This document shows, one piece after another, positions 19,845 through 29,912 of a stretch of 64,000 bases of DNA; within the stretch, counting starts at the first letter, position 1, and every line of letters begins with the position of its first letter. The DNA comes from a virus: IMG/VR virus record IMGVR_UViG_3300005274_000001, positions 32,001 to 96,000 of that record; one strand, 5' to 3'. A model generated the notes under the pieces. That model made no database searches, was not told where the DNA came from, and saw only the letters and a list, made by a program, of their open reading frames with translations. A program made the translations under genes and the position numbers.

Positions 19845-20704
19845 AGTTCCTCCAAGAACTTTTCTAGATTTCTCATGTATGCGAAGACTTTAGGGAATTG
19901 TTGAAGATAATTTCTGTGGAAAAAGTAGAAAACAAAAGCCTCTATAAAATCTTCTTTTGGCCCAAGTGTAGATTCTAAGCTGATAACCTCATCGTTATCA
20001 TGATACAAATTTTTATTCAGTTTTAGACCGAAAAACTCGCCAGCTCTTAAATCTTCTTCAGAAAGTTTTTCTCTTTTCCAGCCCCTCAAAGATATAAATT
20101 TTTCAATTTGCTCAGGAAAAGAAGCAGAAAGCTTTTGAAAAGTAATATTTGCAATTTCCTTAGCAGTAGCTAGAGAAGCTACTGAAATTCCTTGAGTAAA
20201 GTTAGGTACTCTTCTCACTACGGGAACAGTTAGATAGAGGTAATAAGGCTGAAAAACATGAAGATAAATTTTGTCATGCGAGAAACTAGAACCTATAATT
20301 GCCAAATCAGGATCAAAGTCTACAAGTTCTCTAATCTCACTTTTTTTGTGCCAATAGACTTTTGTGATTTTGAAGAGATTAAACACAATTTCTACTTGCT
20401 TGAAAACAGCACGAAGATTCAAAAGCGCATAAAAAGGAATTACATTATCTACTACTAGCGCTGCAAAACTTAGAAGCTCTTCTTTGTTCAACCTAGCAAC
20501 TTTGTTTTCGTCAATATTTCCTTCGTCATCGTAGATATCGATAGTAGGATCATAAAACAAACCTTGGTCTTTCGCTTCTAAAAGTCTTAAAGCAGATAAA
20601 GTTGAATCGCTAGGAGAATATTGTCCTACTTCATAAAAATTGTTTGAAAAAGGAACTGGATAATTTGGCGCAATTAAAGGATTATCTTCGCTAATTCTTG
20701 CCAC
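19841..20704 (-). CDS. Hypothetical protein, possible catalytically dead zincin-like fold
   Basis: 287 aa; PKEDFIEAFVFYF...FPKVFAYM tail; AKEIAN at the expected HExxH position; TGtTAAAAT-6nt-GTG leaderless start. Confidence 0.6.
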   Translation of the reverse strand: MARISEDNPLIAPNYPVPFSNNFYEVGQYSPSDSTLSALRLLEAKDQGLFYDPTIDIYDDEGNIDENKVARLNKEELLSFAALVVDNVIPFYALLNLRAVFKQVEIVFNLFKITKVYWHKKSEIRELVDFDPDLAIIGSSFSHDKIYLHVFQPYYLYLTVPVVRRVPNFTQGISVASLATAKEIANITFQKLSASFPEQIEKFISLRGWKREKLSEEDLRAGEFFGLKLNKNLYHDNDEVISLESTLGPKEDFIEAFVFYFFHRNYLQQFPKVFAYMRNLEKFLEEL

Positions 20705-20755
20705 AAGACTATTTTAACATTTGTTTTGTGTTTGGTATTTAAAATACTTTTATTG

Positions 20756-22618
20756 TTACATGGCAACGCCACCCCCACCTGCTTGAGGTAGTTCGCTGTA
20801 AACATACACAGAATAGTGTAATCTTTTTTGATTGTCAAAGAAAATTTGTGGAATATGTACAGAAGCGCCTCTATTGCGATAAGTATCACTAGGAGAAGTT
20901 ACATAAAGCGGTGCAGCATCTAGTATTTTATATTCTTTTACAAGATTTCCTTGCTCATCAAAAGAAAATCTGAACAAAACGATAACTAAATATTCTTCTA
21001 TTGGGGAGTCGTTTGGAACAGATCCTGAATCGTTTTGTGTAGCCAAAAACCTAAAAGCAGCTACCATCGATAAACTACACCCATCGCTAAAACTTTGTAC
21101 TGCATTTAATAGCTGAATAAACTCATCACCTGTGCGTGTGAAATAAACATAGTCTATGTAATAAAGCCATAGAGAAGAACAGTCAGAGATTGCATATTTG
21201 TAAGATAAAATTTGACATATATCTGACTTCGCTGAGTTATTTACAAATACTCCATAAGGAGTTGCTGGATTTGTTGTTTTTTCTTCGAAAATTGGCAAAG
21301 CACTATTAAAAAAGAAATAGTCAAAATCCCAACTGTTGTCTTCGCTTACGCCAGTAAAATAAATTTCATTAAAAACAAATTTTAGATTTACCTCATCAAA
21401 GTCATAGACAACAAAGGTTGCTGGAATTCTCAAATCAAAATCAGTATAGTGCGACATTGCTACATTTGTTTTACCAATATCTGGTAAATCTTCTATCGTT
21501 AAGTAATCAATTGTTCCCACCAGAACAACTTTGTTGCCAATTTTGAAAAACTTACCATCAATAAAATCGCTATGGTTAACATATGTATTACTTACATTAA
21601 GTAGATTTGTAAGAAGAATGTTCAGATCACTATAAAGGGCTGGAGTGTAAAAATCGGATATTGTTAAACCATTTTGATTAGAAAACTTAATAACTTTTAA
21701 TAGTAATGGTTCAAATTCGACACTAAACCCACTAGTATCATTGTAAAAATCAAAGTAAAGATGCGTTCCTAGAACAAACAAATCATCAGAATTATACACA
21801 GGATACAAAACGTAGTCGTTTACTTGAAATGTATATGGATCCAAAGTGCTTATTCCATAATCTGAAGGGTTTGTAGAAAATGACAACTGCTGTTGTGCAA
21901 GTATACTCCTTTGACCACCTTGCGTATCTAATGAATACATCAAAAGTTTAGGCATGTAGATATCTGATGCAGAGCTTATTCCTGCATATAAAAATAAGCT
22001 ATTTCCTTTATACTTCAAAAATCCTTGTTCATTTGTTGCGCTATTTGGTAGACAACCTCCAAGGGCTGCATGTTCCAAAATTGGAATTTCTATTCTTTCT
22101 AAAGTCATTGAAGTAGGAGAAATCCTAAAAATAAGATAGATATCGAAGGAAGATAAAATGTAGATGTTAAAAGAATTAATAGTTCTAAACAGGGAATTTT
22201 TTACTTTAATAACCGCCAAATATTCATCAGAACTTACTTGTTGAAGGTCATAAAAATATATTCTATCACCATCAATATAAAGTTTATAGATTTGTTCATC
22301 ACCTACGACATTGCACAAATGTGGCATAAGAGCGTTAAGAATTTCACTATCTACATAAGTTAAGTCAATTGATGATACAACGCTGCAGACATCTTCATAA
22401 CAACTTGTTTCATCTACAAGTTTTGCCTCAACTACATAGTTTTGAATTACTTCATCATATCTTCTTGCAAAATAAAAAAGATAGTTTTTTCCGTTTATAG
22501 GAAACTTAAACGAGGAATAAATATTATTTTCATGAAAATAGGAAGGTAGCAACTCATCAATAAATTCGTTAAAGTTTGGTTCTTGTGTTTGATTTATGTT
22601 TACGCAATCTATTCCCAT
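20756..22618 (-). CDS. ~600-aa paralog family member 1 (putative virion/receptor-binding protein)
   Basis: 620 aa, Y/F/D-rich, Cys near N-terminus, SALPIFEEK..P.G..DICQ and KILDA motifs; TATAAT-7nt-ATG. Confidence 0.75.
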   Translation of the reverse strand: MGIDCVNINQTQEPNFNEFIDELLPSYFHENNIYSSFKFPINGKNYLFYFARRYDEVIQNYVVEAKLVDETSCYEDVCSVVSSIDLTYVDSEILNALMPHLCNVVGDEQIYKLYIDGDRIYFYDLQQVSSDEYLAVIKVKNSLFRTINSFNIYILSSFDIYLIFRISPTSMTLERIEIPILEHAALGGCLPNSATNEQGFLKYKGNSLFLYAGISSASDIYMPKLLMYSLDTQGGQRSILAQQQLSFSTNPSDYGISTLDPYTFQVNDYVLYPVYNSDDLFVLGTHLYFDFYNDTSGFSVEFEPLLLKVIKFSNQNGLTISDFYTPALYSDLNILLTNLLNVSNTYVNHSDFIDGKFFKIGNKVVLVGTIDYLTIEDLPDIGKTNVAMSHYTDFDLRIPATFVVYDFDEVNLKFVFNEIYFTGVSEDNSWDFDYFFFNSALPIFEEKTTNPATPYGVFVNNSAKSDICQILSYKYAISDCSSLWLYYIDYVYFTRTGDEFIQLLNAVQSFSDGCSLSMVAAFRFLATQNDSGSVPNDSPIEEYLVIVLFRFSFDEQGNLVKEYKILDAAPLYVTSPSDTYRNRGASVHIPQIFFDNQKRLHYSVYVYSELPQAGGGGVAM

Positions 22619-22691
22619 ATTTGGTATTATAAATAACTTTTCTCGTTTTTACATATTTGTATGAGATTTTGTTATACGAAAAACTCAACTA

Positions 22692-24638
22692 TTACTGAGG
22701 AGGATATACACTATATGGGTTTTTAATGTACAAAAACATAAAATCTTTCACAAAATCCGATTCAGTAAACATTTGGCGCAAAACAATAGAATTTCTTCTG
22801 TTAAAATAGTTATCTTGGTAGTATTCGTTTGTTGGATCAATTGTGTATAACTTATCAGCGTCTAGGATTTTTACTATAACTTCGTTTGATGAATCGTCTA
22901 GATTTACATATAAAGCAATAGTAATGTAAAATTCGTCTACAAGAATACTTCCGTATCTTTCTTGGCTTTGATTACCTTGAAGACCAGGATTTTTAGCTAC
23001 AGGAATAGTAAAAACAATTCCAGCAATACAATCGTTGTAAAATTCTACAAAACCAACAGAAAAATCGTTGCTTTCGTAGTATATGGATTTGTAAAAGCGA
23101 TAAGACAAACATTCTGTATAATCAATGTCTGAATGTTTAGAAGATAAAATTGAACAAATGTCTGCATTAAAGTCTTGTTTTATAACCAAACCTGGAGGAC
23201 TTTCAGGGGAAGAAGATTGTTTTTTGTCTTCAAATAAAGGAAGTTCGCTATTGTAAAATTCTATGTTTCCTGAAGATGTCTGAAATGTAAAACAACCGCT
23301 CTTTTTAGCCGTATTTAAAGTATACTTAGTTCCATTTTTTGTAAAAATCATTACACTAGGCGGAGGAGAACAGAAATTCAAGTCATCGTTTCCTGTTAAA
23401 GCAGAGTTTGTTGATCCACCATAAGAAGATGTGTCAAAAATATCACTAAATTTTGGATATGCAAAAATAACTAACTTATTATTTTTTTCTTTTGCAAAGA
23501 ACAAGTTTTTCTTATAAAAAAGCCTATAGTGCAATATGTCATCATAAATATATACAAAATCAGTATATATACTACTTGAACCGAGAGAAGACAAATAAGA
23601 AGATTTGTAAAATTCTTTTGGATTTTCTCTCACAAATGGAAAATAATTAGAAAAAGAGAAATTGAAATTTTCATCAAGACTAACAACTCTAATGTATACC
23701 AAGTAAAGAGTTATATATTGTCCATTAGCATAAGTAGAAACATAAAAAGCAATGGGTTCTAAAAATTCCATTTTGTCTGAATATATTTTCCTAATTGGTG
23801 AGTCTGGAATAAAAGGCAGTACACTATAATCTCTATCATAAACATCTAAATCAATAGAAAAGTTTTCCAAAAGATGAGAAGTATCGGTAAGATAATTTTC
23901 TGTTATCGTTTCTACTTTAATTGTTGTTATACTTGGTTGTCCGTTTGAAAAGCCAACAGAAAAAACATGATAAGTATGATACCAAGTAAAACTTTCGCTA
24001 CTGTAATCATAGTCTAAATAAGAAACCAAAAATACATTATCTTTTAAATGAACTATTCCCATTGGCTCAATATCGGGTACTTGTGGATAAAATGAAAGGG
24101 GGTGATAAATTCCTTCTAAAACAATAGTTTCATGATTTACTTTGTAAATGAAGTACACACTAGAGGTAAACAAACGAACAGTTGACCACTCTACTTGTTT
24201 TGCAACCTCAATAAAAGCTTCTTCAACAAAGTAAAAACCATCTGTTGTTTTAAAGATTATATTTTTGTCGTGGTTATAGCTAGACCTATATCTAACCGTA
24301 ATGTCTGTTTCATTTGAAAAAAGGGGGTGAGAAAGAAATTCGTTGATAACATTCAGCATATCGTTAGTAGGATTGTAGGCGAAAATTGTTTCAAGACAAT
24401 CGCCGCTGTCTAAGGTACAGCCATCAAGAATTTTGTATAACTTCAATCTATATTCAAAACTACCCAACTGAGAATTGCGGTTTAAGTATTCACTTTGAAG
24501 TAAATACAGCTCGTTGTTGTTTTCCCAAAATGCATTTATTTGATAATATGGTTGCCATCTTCCATCTTCAGAAACTCGCCAATAAGTTAATTCTGTATTT
24601 TTTTGTTCGCTTTGTTTTTGTATGCAATTTGTAGCCAT
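22692..24638 (-). CDS. ~600-aa paralog family member 2
   Basis: 648 aa; SELPLFEDK..PPGLVIKQD..ICS and KILDA motifs. Confidence 0.75.
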   Translation of the reverse strand: MATNCIQKQSEQKNTELTYWRVSEDGRWQPYYQINAFWENNNELYLLQSEYLNRNSQLGSFEYRLKLYKILDGCTLDSGDCLETIFAYNPTNDMLNVINEFLSHPLFSNETDITVRYRSSYNHDKNIIFKTTDGFYFVEEAFIEVAKQVEWSTVRLFTSSVYFIYKVNHETIVLEGIYHPLSFYPQVPDIEPMGIVHLKDNVFLVSYLDYDYSSESFTWYHTYHVFSVGFSNGQPSITTIKVETITENYLTDTSHLLENFSIDLDVYDRDYSVLPFIPDSPIRKIYSDKMEFLEPIAFYVSTYANGQYITLYLVYIRVVSLDENFNFSFSNYFPFVRENPKEFYKSSYLSSLGSSSIYTDFVYIYDDILHYRLFYKKNLFFAKEKNNKLVIFAYPKFSDIFDTSSYGGSTNSALTGNDDLNFCSPPPSVMIFTKNGTKYTLNTAKKSGCFTFQTSSGNIEFYNSELPLFEDKKQSSSPESPPGLVIKQDFNADICSILSSKHSDIDYTECLSYRFYKSIYYESNDFSVGFVEFYNDCIAGIVFTIPVAKNPGLQGNQSQERYGSILVDEFYITIALYVNLDDSSNEVIVKILDADKLYTIDPTNEYYQDNYFNRRNSIVLRQMFTESDFVKDFMFLYIKNPYSVYPPQ

Positions 24639-24715
24639 ATCTGTTTATAGTATATAAAAAAATAAAGCTTTTTCAAAACAAAGTCTTGTTCTCTATTTTC
24701 TTCGTCTGATACATG

Positions 24716-24745
24716 TTGACAGGTTTTCTGAAGAGGGTGTATTAT
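24716..24745 (+). promoter_or_regulatory. sigma70-type promoter reading into the mini-IS
   Basis: TTGACA(24716)-18 nt-TATATT(24740), ATG 6 nt downstream. Confidence 0.6.
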
Positions 24746-24782
24746 ATAAGCATGAAGCGCAAGCGTTTTAACTTGTGTTGTG

Positions 24783-24994
24783 CAAGAAGTCCTCATCTTC
24801 TAAAGATGGAGATGAATTGCACTTAACGAAAATTATCATTTTGCTATACAATATACCTGTATCGCAACGATAATCAAGTTGCGATACAACTATCGAGTAG
24901 GGCTGGAACGGTCCGAATTTACGCCTGTGGAGATCGCTAGTAAGCGGTCGATGAAGCAGGAAGCTACCACTTCTATAAGTGAGTAGCAGTTCAC
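24783..24994 (+). mobile_element. Non-autonomous IS200/IS605-family element (no tnpA/tnpB) retaining left-end hairpin and TnpB omegaRNA-like right end
   Basis: Starts CAAGAAG + CATCTT/AAGATG hairpin after TTGTG; ends ...ACGCCTGTGGAG...GATGAAGCAGGAAGCTACCACTT-CTAT-AAGTGAGTAGCAGTTCAC (subterminal hairpin + TCAC); no terminal IRs or target duplication. Confidence 0.75.
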
Positions 24995-25012
24995 TATCTG
25001 TTTATGAGAGAG
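24890..25012 (+). ncRNA. Putative TnpB omegaRNA (reRNA) scaffold plus flank-derived guide
   Basis: Right-end scaffold ending TCAC (24991-24994); following flank TATCTGTTTATGAGAGAG would be the guide; 5' boundary approximate. Confidence 0.5.
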
Positions 25013-25020
25013 TTCATTTT

Positions 25021-26862
25021 TTACATAGGTATAAGAGGTTCATGATTTAATAGCAAAAATCTTTTTGTAGAACTCGGAGTACTGTTAACATTTAATACCT
25101 CAAAAGTTTTTACAAAATCGGGGTCAGAAATTGGACCAGCGTCAACAATTTTTGTGCAAATAGGATAGCTTTCATCTTGTAGATCTATTGAAAATAGAGC
25201 TATAATATAGTACTCCTCTTGAGCATCAGAAATATTTGGAGCTACAGTAAACTTATACCACAGATAAAGTTTTCCATTGTTTACTAAAGCTGCATAATCT
25301 CTTGGTTTATACCGAGAATAAAATCTATCGTAAACGGGATCTTTGTAAAAAGTGTTATTTAAGCAAGCTTGAAAATCAATACTACTATCTTTTTCTGCTA
25401 TCTTTTGGCAAATTTGTTGGTTATAGTCTTGTTTTACAACTAAACCTGGAGGATTACCAGGAGAAGGAACATCTTTTTTAGAAACAAACAAAGGTAAATC
25501 GCTATGAACAAAGTGATAATAATCTCCACTACCGCCTATTTCATCTGTCCAAAATTCTGTCCAAAAAGATCTGTATTTTTTAGATAACACAAAATTTCCA
25601 TCTTCTGTTTTTTCATAAATTAAGATATTTGGAGGATGTGTTCTAAAATATCCATCATCGGGCGCTGTATAAAAAAGAACATTTTCTGCACCTAAGTCTA
25701 AAAGATCAAATGTTTCAGCTGCCGAATAATGTCCAACGAGTATAAGCTTGTTATCATAGTAGAAAGAAAAAAGTTCGTAGGGTTCATATATAAACATATA
25801 TGTAAAATATTCTGTATTAGCCAATGATTGTATAGAATTTACTGAAAACAAATCTGGAGAATTATTTAACAGAAATGGTTTAGATATTGAAAAATTGTAA
25901 TTATCGTCTATAGATATTTCTTTTAAGAATAAAGGTTGAGATTCGAGATAAAAGCTTCCAATTTCTGCATAGAAGTCGTACAAATAAAAACTATCAAGAA
26001 CCCTCACTTGGCCGTTTTCTATTCTAGTAGAAAAGTTTTCAAAGTTTTCACTTCTAAAGCCATTTGCGTAATAATAGGAAAAACCAGAAACATCCAAACC
26101 TAATTTGTTTAACCAATCCGAAACATCATTAATATTAAGAGTAAAGGGCTCTTCTTGGTAGGTTGTAATCAAAGAATTTGTTTCAACATCATAGACATGA
26201 TAAACATTGTAAATATACGCAGTATAGTCGTCCAAATGATCACTATAAGTATTTGTGATGAGAAATTTATTATCTTTTAAATATTCAACATAAGTTGGCG
26301 CATAAATTGGACACATATCCTGAATCCATGATAATTCAAGAGGAATTGAAAACACTTCAATTCCACTATTTGAAATTTTATAAATCAAGTGTACCCTATG
26401 ATAAAAAGGATAGATATAGTACCATCCATCAAGTATTGTCCTACCTACAATTGAGATTTGCGGCAATTGTGGTATATAAAAGATTCCATCATTTGTTTTA
26501 TATACTTTAGCAGGAACGTTACCAGAATCACGAATTTGTAGATAAAAAACTTCCAAGTTGTCTATGTTAGAAAAACACGGATGCTGCAGCAAAGAATTTT
26601 TTAATTCTATAACAACATTTGTGGGATCAGCAGTTTCAATTACTGTGTAACTTTGTGGATTCCAAGGATTTACGCTTCCTTCGATTTTTAATAAAGTCGG
26701 AACATAAATCCTAAAACCTAACTCAGAAAAATACACGTAATCTCTTCTTACTGCATATAATTCCCCATTAACTTCAAAAAAGGCCTCTAAATCAAGTAAA
26801 TCTGAAGATGTAAAAATAGAGGGCTTTTGTTCCTTAGTTAATTCTGAGCAATATAGTTCCAT
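25021..26862 (-). CDS. ~600-aa paralog family member 3
   Basis: Likely start MELYC at 26862 (TATAAT-6nt-ATG); SDLPLFVSKK..PPGLVVKQD..ICQ and KIVDA motifs. Confidence 0.75.
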   Translation of the reverse strand: MELYCSELTKEQKPSIFTSSDLLDLEAFFEVNGELYAVRRDYVYFSELGFRIYVPTLLKIEGSVNPWNPQSYTVIETADPTNVVIELKNSLLQHPCFSNIDNLEVFYLQIRDSGNVPAKVYKTNDGIFYIPQLPQISIVGRTILDGWYYIYPFYHRVHLIYKISNSGIEVFSIPLELSWIQDMCPIYAPTYVEYLKDNKFLITNTYSDHLDDYTAYIYNVYHVYDVETNSLITTYQEEPFTLNINDVSDWLNKLGLDVSGFSYYYANGFRSENFENFSTRIENGQVRVLDSFYLYDFYAEIGSFYLESQPLFLKEISIDDNYNFSISKPFLLNNSPDLFSVNSIQSLANTEYFTYMFIYEPYELFSFYYDNKLILVGHYSAAETFDLLDLGAENVLFYTAPDDGYFRTHPPNILIYEKTEDGNFVLSKKYRSFWTEFWTDEIGGSGDYYHFVHSDLPLFVSKKDVPSPGNPPGLVVKQDYNQQICQKIAEKDSSIDFQACLNNTFYKDPVYDRFYSRYKPRDYAALVNNGKLYLWYKFTVAPNISDAQEEYYIIALFSIDLQDESYPICTKIVDAGPISDPDFVKTFEVLNVNSTPSSTKRFLLLNHEPLIPM

Positions 26863-26900
26863 AAAAATATTATACATTTTTGAAGACAATAACTTGAAGT

Positions 26901-28664
26901 TTACATTGGTACTCCAGAGAAGAATTGCTTAAAGAAGAAAATTTTGTCTTCGTGAGTTAGAAAGTATTTTTCCCAATCATAATCTTGATCTTCAGAAATT
27001 GCTATGACTTCCTTAAGTTCAGCATTTAGCTTATTGTCTACTATTGGATTTTCTTTATCCACCACAAAAACAAAGGCGAAAGCAATAGGAGTCCTTGGAT
27101 GATTTGAATTTATTGTGTAATCATACTTATATTCATTAGTTGTAGCATCATAAAATTCAACAGACAAGAATGCAATGTATACAATAAAGCAATCCTTTTC
27201 AATCAGTTTCCAAGAAAATGGAAGTAAATAACCAGCATCTGATTTTCCAGTAATTTCTAATTTTGTATTGGTAGTACAGTATAAAATATCGTCAATAAGC
27301 TGCTTTTCATACATTTCTTGACATACTTTAGAAATCAAATTTTGATCTGTACTAAAGTATGTTTGGTAATATTTAGCTCCGTTATTACCAATAAATTCTT
27401 CCAATTGTGCGAAGTTTACATTGAGTCTTGTAGAAGGGTCATAAATTTTTCCTGAGAAAGAACTTTGTCCAAAAAAATCAATAAATTGTATGTTTTGCAT
27501 ATTTGGTACATCGAAAACTAATAAACACCCGTCATCGCAGTTCACTACATCCAAACTATTAGAATTGAAATTTGGTACCAAAAAAGCTGATCCCGTTGAA
27601 AGAACAAATAATTTATTATCAAAAAAGGTTGCACTCCTAATTCTCGAAGACCATTCCAGGACATTGTAACCCCAATCTGTACTAAGAGAAATTGTTAGTA
27701 AATCTTGATAATTTCCGTTAATAAATGTTTTGCTGCACGATATATTAAGATTTTCGTCAAAATAACAAACTTTGTACATATTAATATAATTACAACTACT
27801 TTCACGAACAGCTAGTAAAAAATGGTTTGGTTTATTTTCAATTTTAACGACATGGGAATGATAAACCCACGGATTATTATAGTTAAGATCTGCTGTTCCT
27901 TCGTATAAACAATTAAAAAACTCTGGATGTTGAGTGTAATCCAGAAAGTTAATAAATTGTTGTTTTCTTAAAAAGAAATTGTTGTTTTGATCTATCTCAT
28001 AAATAGTAACAAGAACCCCTTTGTTTAAATTTTGATCAGCCGAGTAATCCCATTCAGTAAGGCTAATTAGATATTTGTCATCTATTAAAGAAAACATTCT
28101 TTGATCATCTATGTATCTACTCCAAAAATTTATAGCTCTATGAACACAAAGATCTTCAGAAAGTCCAAGGTACAAAGCAGGTTCATCTATATCTAAAACA
28201 ATAGTAAACCTGTCATTTTCAAATTTAAATACAACTGTACGAACCGTTTCAGAATATAGCGTAGATGTATCTTGCTTATACCTTCCCTCAAGAAAAACTT
28301 TTACTGCTAAAAATAAGGTGTTATTAACTATGAAGGGGTAAAAAATAGTATCTACCCAACTATTGAGTTGTACTCCACTTTTTCCGACCAAAAAGCTGCA
28401 AACACTTTCATTAAACAAATTTGTATAGTCTACTATTAAATTTCCAGAATTATAACTTGGAGCAAAGGGCGTGTCGTCATAGATTAGTTGTCCTGTTTCT
28501 CCATCTTGAATTTGCACTCCAAAATTTCTTATATCTGTAAAATAGTAGTTATAAAAATCTAAGTATTTTAAAGAATTGTTATCAGTAGATAGAACAAACG
28601 TTGTTTCACTAATACTAAGATTCGAAGATCTTTCAGTTTTATTTGGGGTACAGTCTGGTATCAT
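26901..28664 (-). CDS. ~600-aa paralog family member 4 (most divergent)
   Basis: 587 aa; MIPDC N-terminus, KVCQ..C motif, ends VPM; TATAAT-8nt-ATG. Confidence 0.7.
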   Translation of the reverse strand: MIPDCTPNKTERSSNLSISETTFVLSTDNNSLKYLDFYNYYFTDIRNFGVQIQDGETGQLIYDDTPFAPSYNSGNLIVDYTNLFNESVCSFLVGKSGVQLNSWVDTIFYPFIVNNTLFLAVKVFLEGRYKQDTSTLYSETVRTVVFKFENDRFTIVLDIDEPALYLGLSEDLCVHRAINFWSRYIDDQRMFSLIDDKYLISLTEWDYSADQNLNKGVLVTIYEIDQNNNFFLRKQQFINFLDYTQHPEFFNCLYEGTADLNYNNPWVYHSHVVKIENKPNHFLLAVRESSCNYINMYKVCYFDENLNISCSKTFINGNYQDLLTISLSTDWGYNVLEWSSRIRSATFFDNKLFVLSTGSAFLVPNFNSNSLDVVNCDDGCLLVFDVPNMQNIQFIDFFGQSSFSGKIYDPSTRLNVNFAQLEEFIGNNGAKYYQTYFSTDQNLISKVCQEMYEKQLIDDILYCTTNTKLEITGKSDAGYLLPFSWKLIEKDCFIVYIAFLSVEFYDATTNEYKYDYTINSNHPRTPIAFAFVFVVDKENPIVDNKLNAELKEVIAISEDQDYDWEKYFLTHEDKIFFFKQFFSGVPM

Positions 28665-29060
28665 GATAATTTATTATAAAAATTTTGTATTAACAATTAG
28701 TCATATACAGCCAAATTTGCCACAAATTTGATCTTCAACTAGAAAGCGTTTACTTCTATTTCGCTTTCACTCTATACACACGCTTATTTTGGAAGGAAAA
28801 TCATTTATTTGTATTTCGATCCTATTCCATATATAAACTTATTCCTATTTCGCACTTTATCCAAAACAAAAGCTATTCCAATATTTCCTAGCACAACACA
28901 ATGTATTTAGATGGCGTTTATCTATTTTTGCGTGAAGCTAGAAGTAAGAATGGCTCCAAACACAAAAAATAAAAATAACTCTACACACTAAAAGTACTTC
29001 AAAAAAGAAAAGGGGGGGGCAAGTAAGCCCCCCTTTACGCCCGCCTACTCCTAAGTCAAC

Positions 29061-29093
29061 AAAAAAAATAAGGCCCCCTTTACGGGGGCCTTA
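29061..29093 (-). terminator. Rho-independent terminator (second hairpin at 29001-29036) closing the early region
   Basis: TAAGGCCCCC-GTAAA-GGGGGCCTTA + T8 on - strand. Confidence 0.85.
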
Positions 29094-29100
29094 CCTTATC

Positions 29101-29427
29101 CTACTCAAGCTTTAACTTGAGTAGGATTAACTGATGGACATACCACTTTCCACCCTCCTTTTTTCTCAGGGCAAGCGTATTACCACCCCTATCCTTGATT
29201 CTTATCACTTCGGCCTTTTCGTCAAACTCGAAGTAGACCTCGCCTACCCTCACTACTTCGTGTTCAAAGTCAAGGATAATGGGGCCGGTGAGGTTAAGGG
29301 ACTTGAGGAGAGAAAGAATCTCCGAGTCAGAGTAGGAAGTAGGCTCGTAGACAGCCCTGAGCTTGGGAGTCTGAGCTTCAGTCTTTGCGCCGAAAATCTT
29401 GGAGAACAGAGTGAAGATAAACTTCAT
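29101..29427 (-). CDS. Early hypothetical protein
   Basis: 108 aa from ATG 29427 after GGAGGTG; own promoter and terminator. Confidence 0.8.
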   Translation of the reverse strand: MKFIFTLFSKIFGAKTEAQTPKLRAVYEPTSYSDSEILSLLKSLNLTGPIILDFEHEVVRVGEVYFEFDEKAEVIRIKDRGGNTLALRKKEGGKWYVHQLILLKLKLE

Positions 29428-29678
29428 CTTACTCACCTCCACCCTTATAGTACTTTATTTTACTCCATTTGTCAACCCCCCCTACTTTGCGCCTAGCATG
29501 CGTGTATGCAGCGTGTAAAAGTCGTTTGTGCTTAAGTGCGAGTGCATTAGGAAAACATACACGCTGAAACGCTAATACACAAAATGTAACTTTTCTTTAC
29601 CCCCCCTTGGCGTTTACTTGTTTTGTAGAAAAAAAGATTAAAGGGGGGCTCACTTGGCCCCCCCTAACCTATGCCCCT

Positions 29679-29912
29679 CTAATCCTCAACTTCCTCACCT
29701 TTAGGATAAAGCCTAAAGGCGTACTCCATCATGTATGGGATGAAGGGGCATTCCCAAACTTCAGCATAATCCCCGTCATCAAGCTTGACGAAGAGGCTAC
29801 AAGGACGAGGAGAGATCTCCTTAGCGCCAATGTGGTCCAAGATAGCCTCGATCTCCTGGGAGTCCTGAACCAAGATGTAGTCATCCCCAAAGTCCTTGAT
29901 GAGCTTCTTCAT
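29679..29912 (-). CDS. Early hypothetical protein (paralog of 30342-30548)
   Basis: GGAGG SD; EVWECPFIP..EYAFRL. Confidence 0.8.
   Translation of the reverse strand: MKKLIKDFGDDYILVQDSQEIEAILDHIGAKEISPRPCSLFVKLDDGDYAEVWECPFIPYMMEYAFRLYPKGEEVED

Noticed and set aside
24587-24796. 69-aa - strand ORF overlapping the mini-IS left end
   Set aside because: No SD; crosses promoter and element boundary; no transposase motifs
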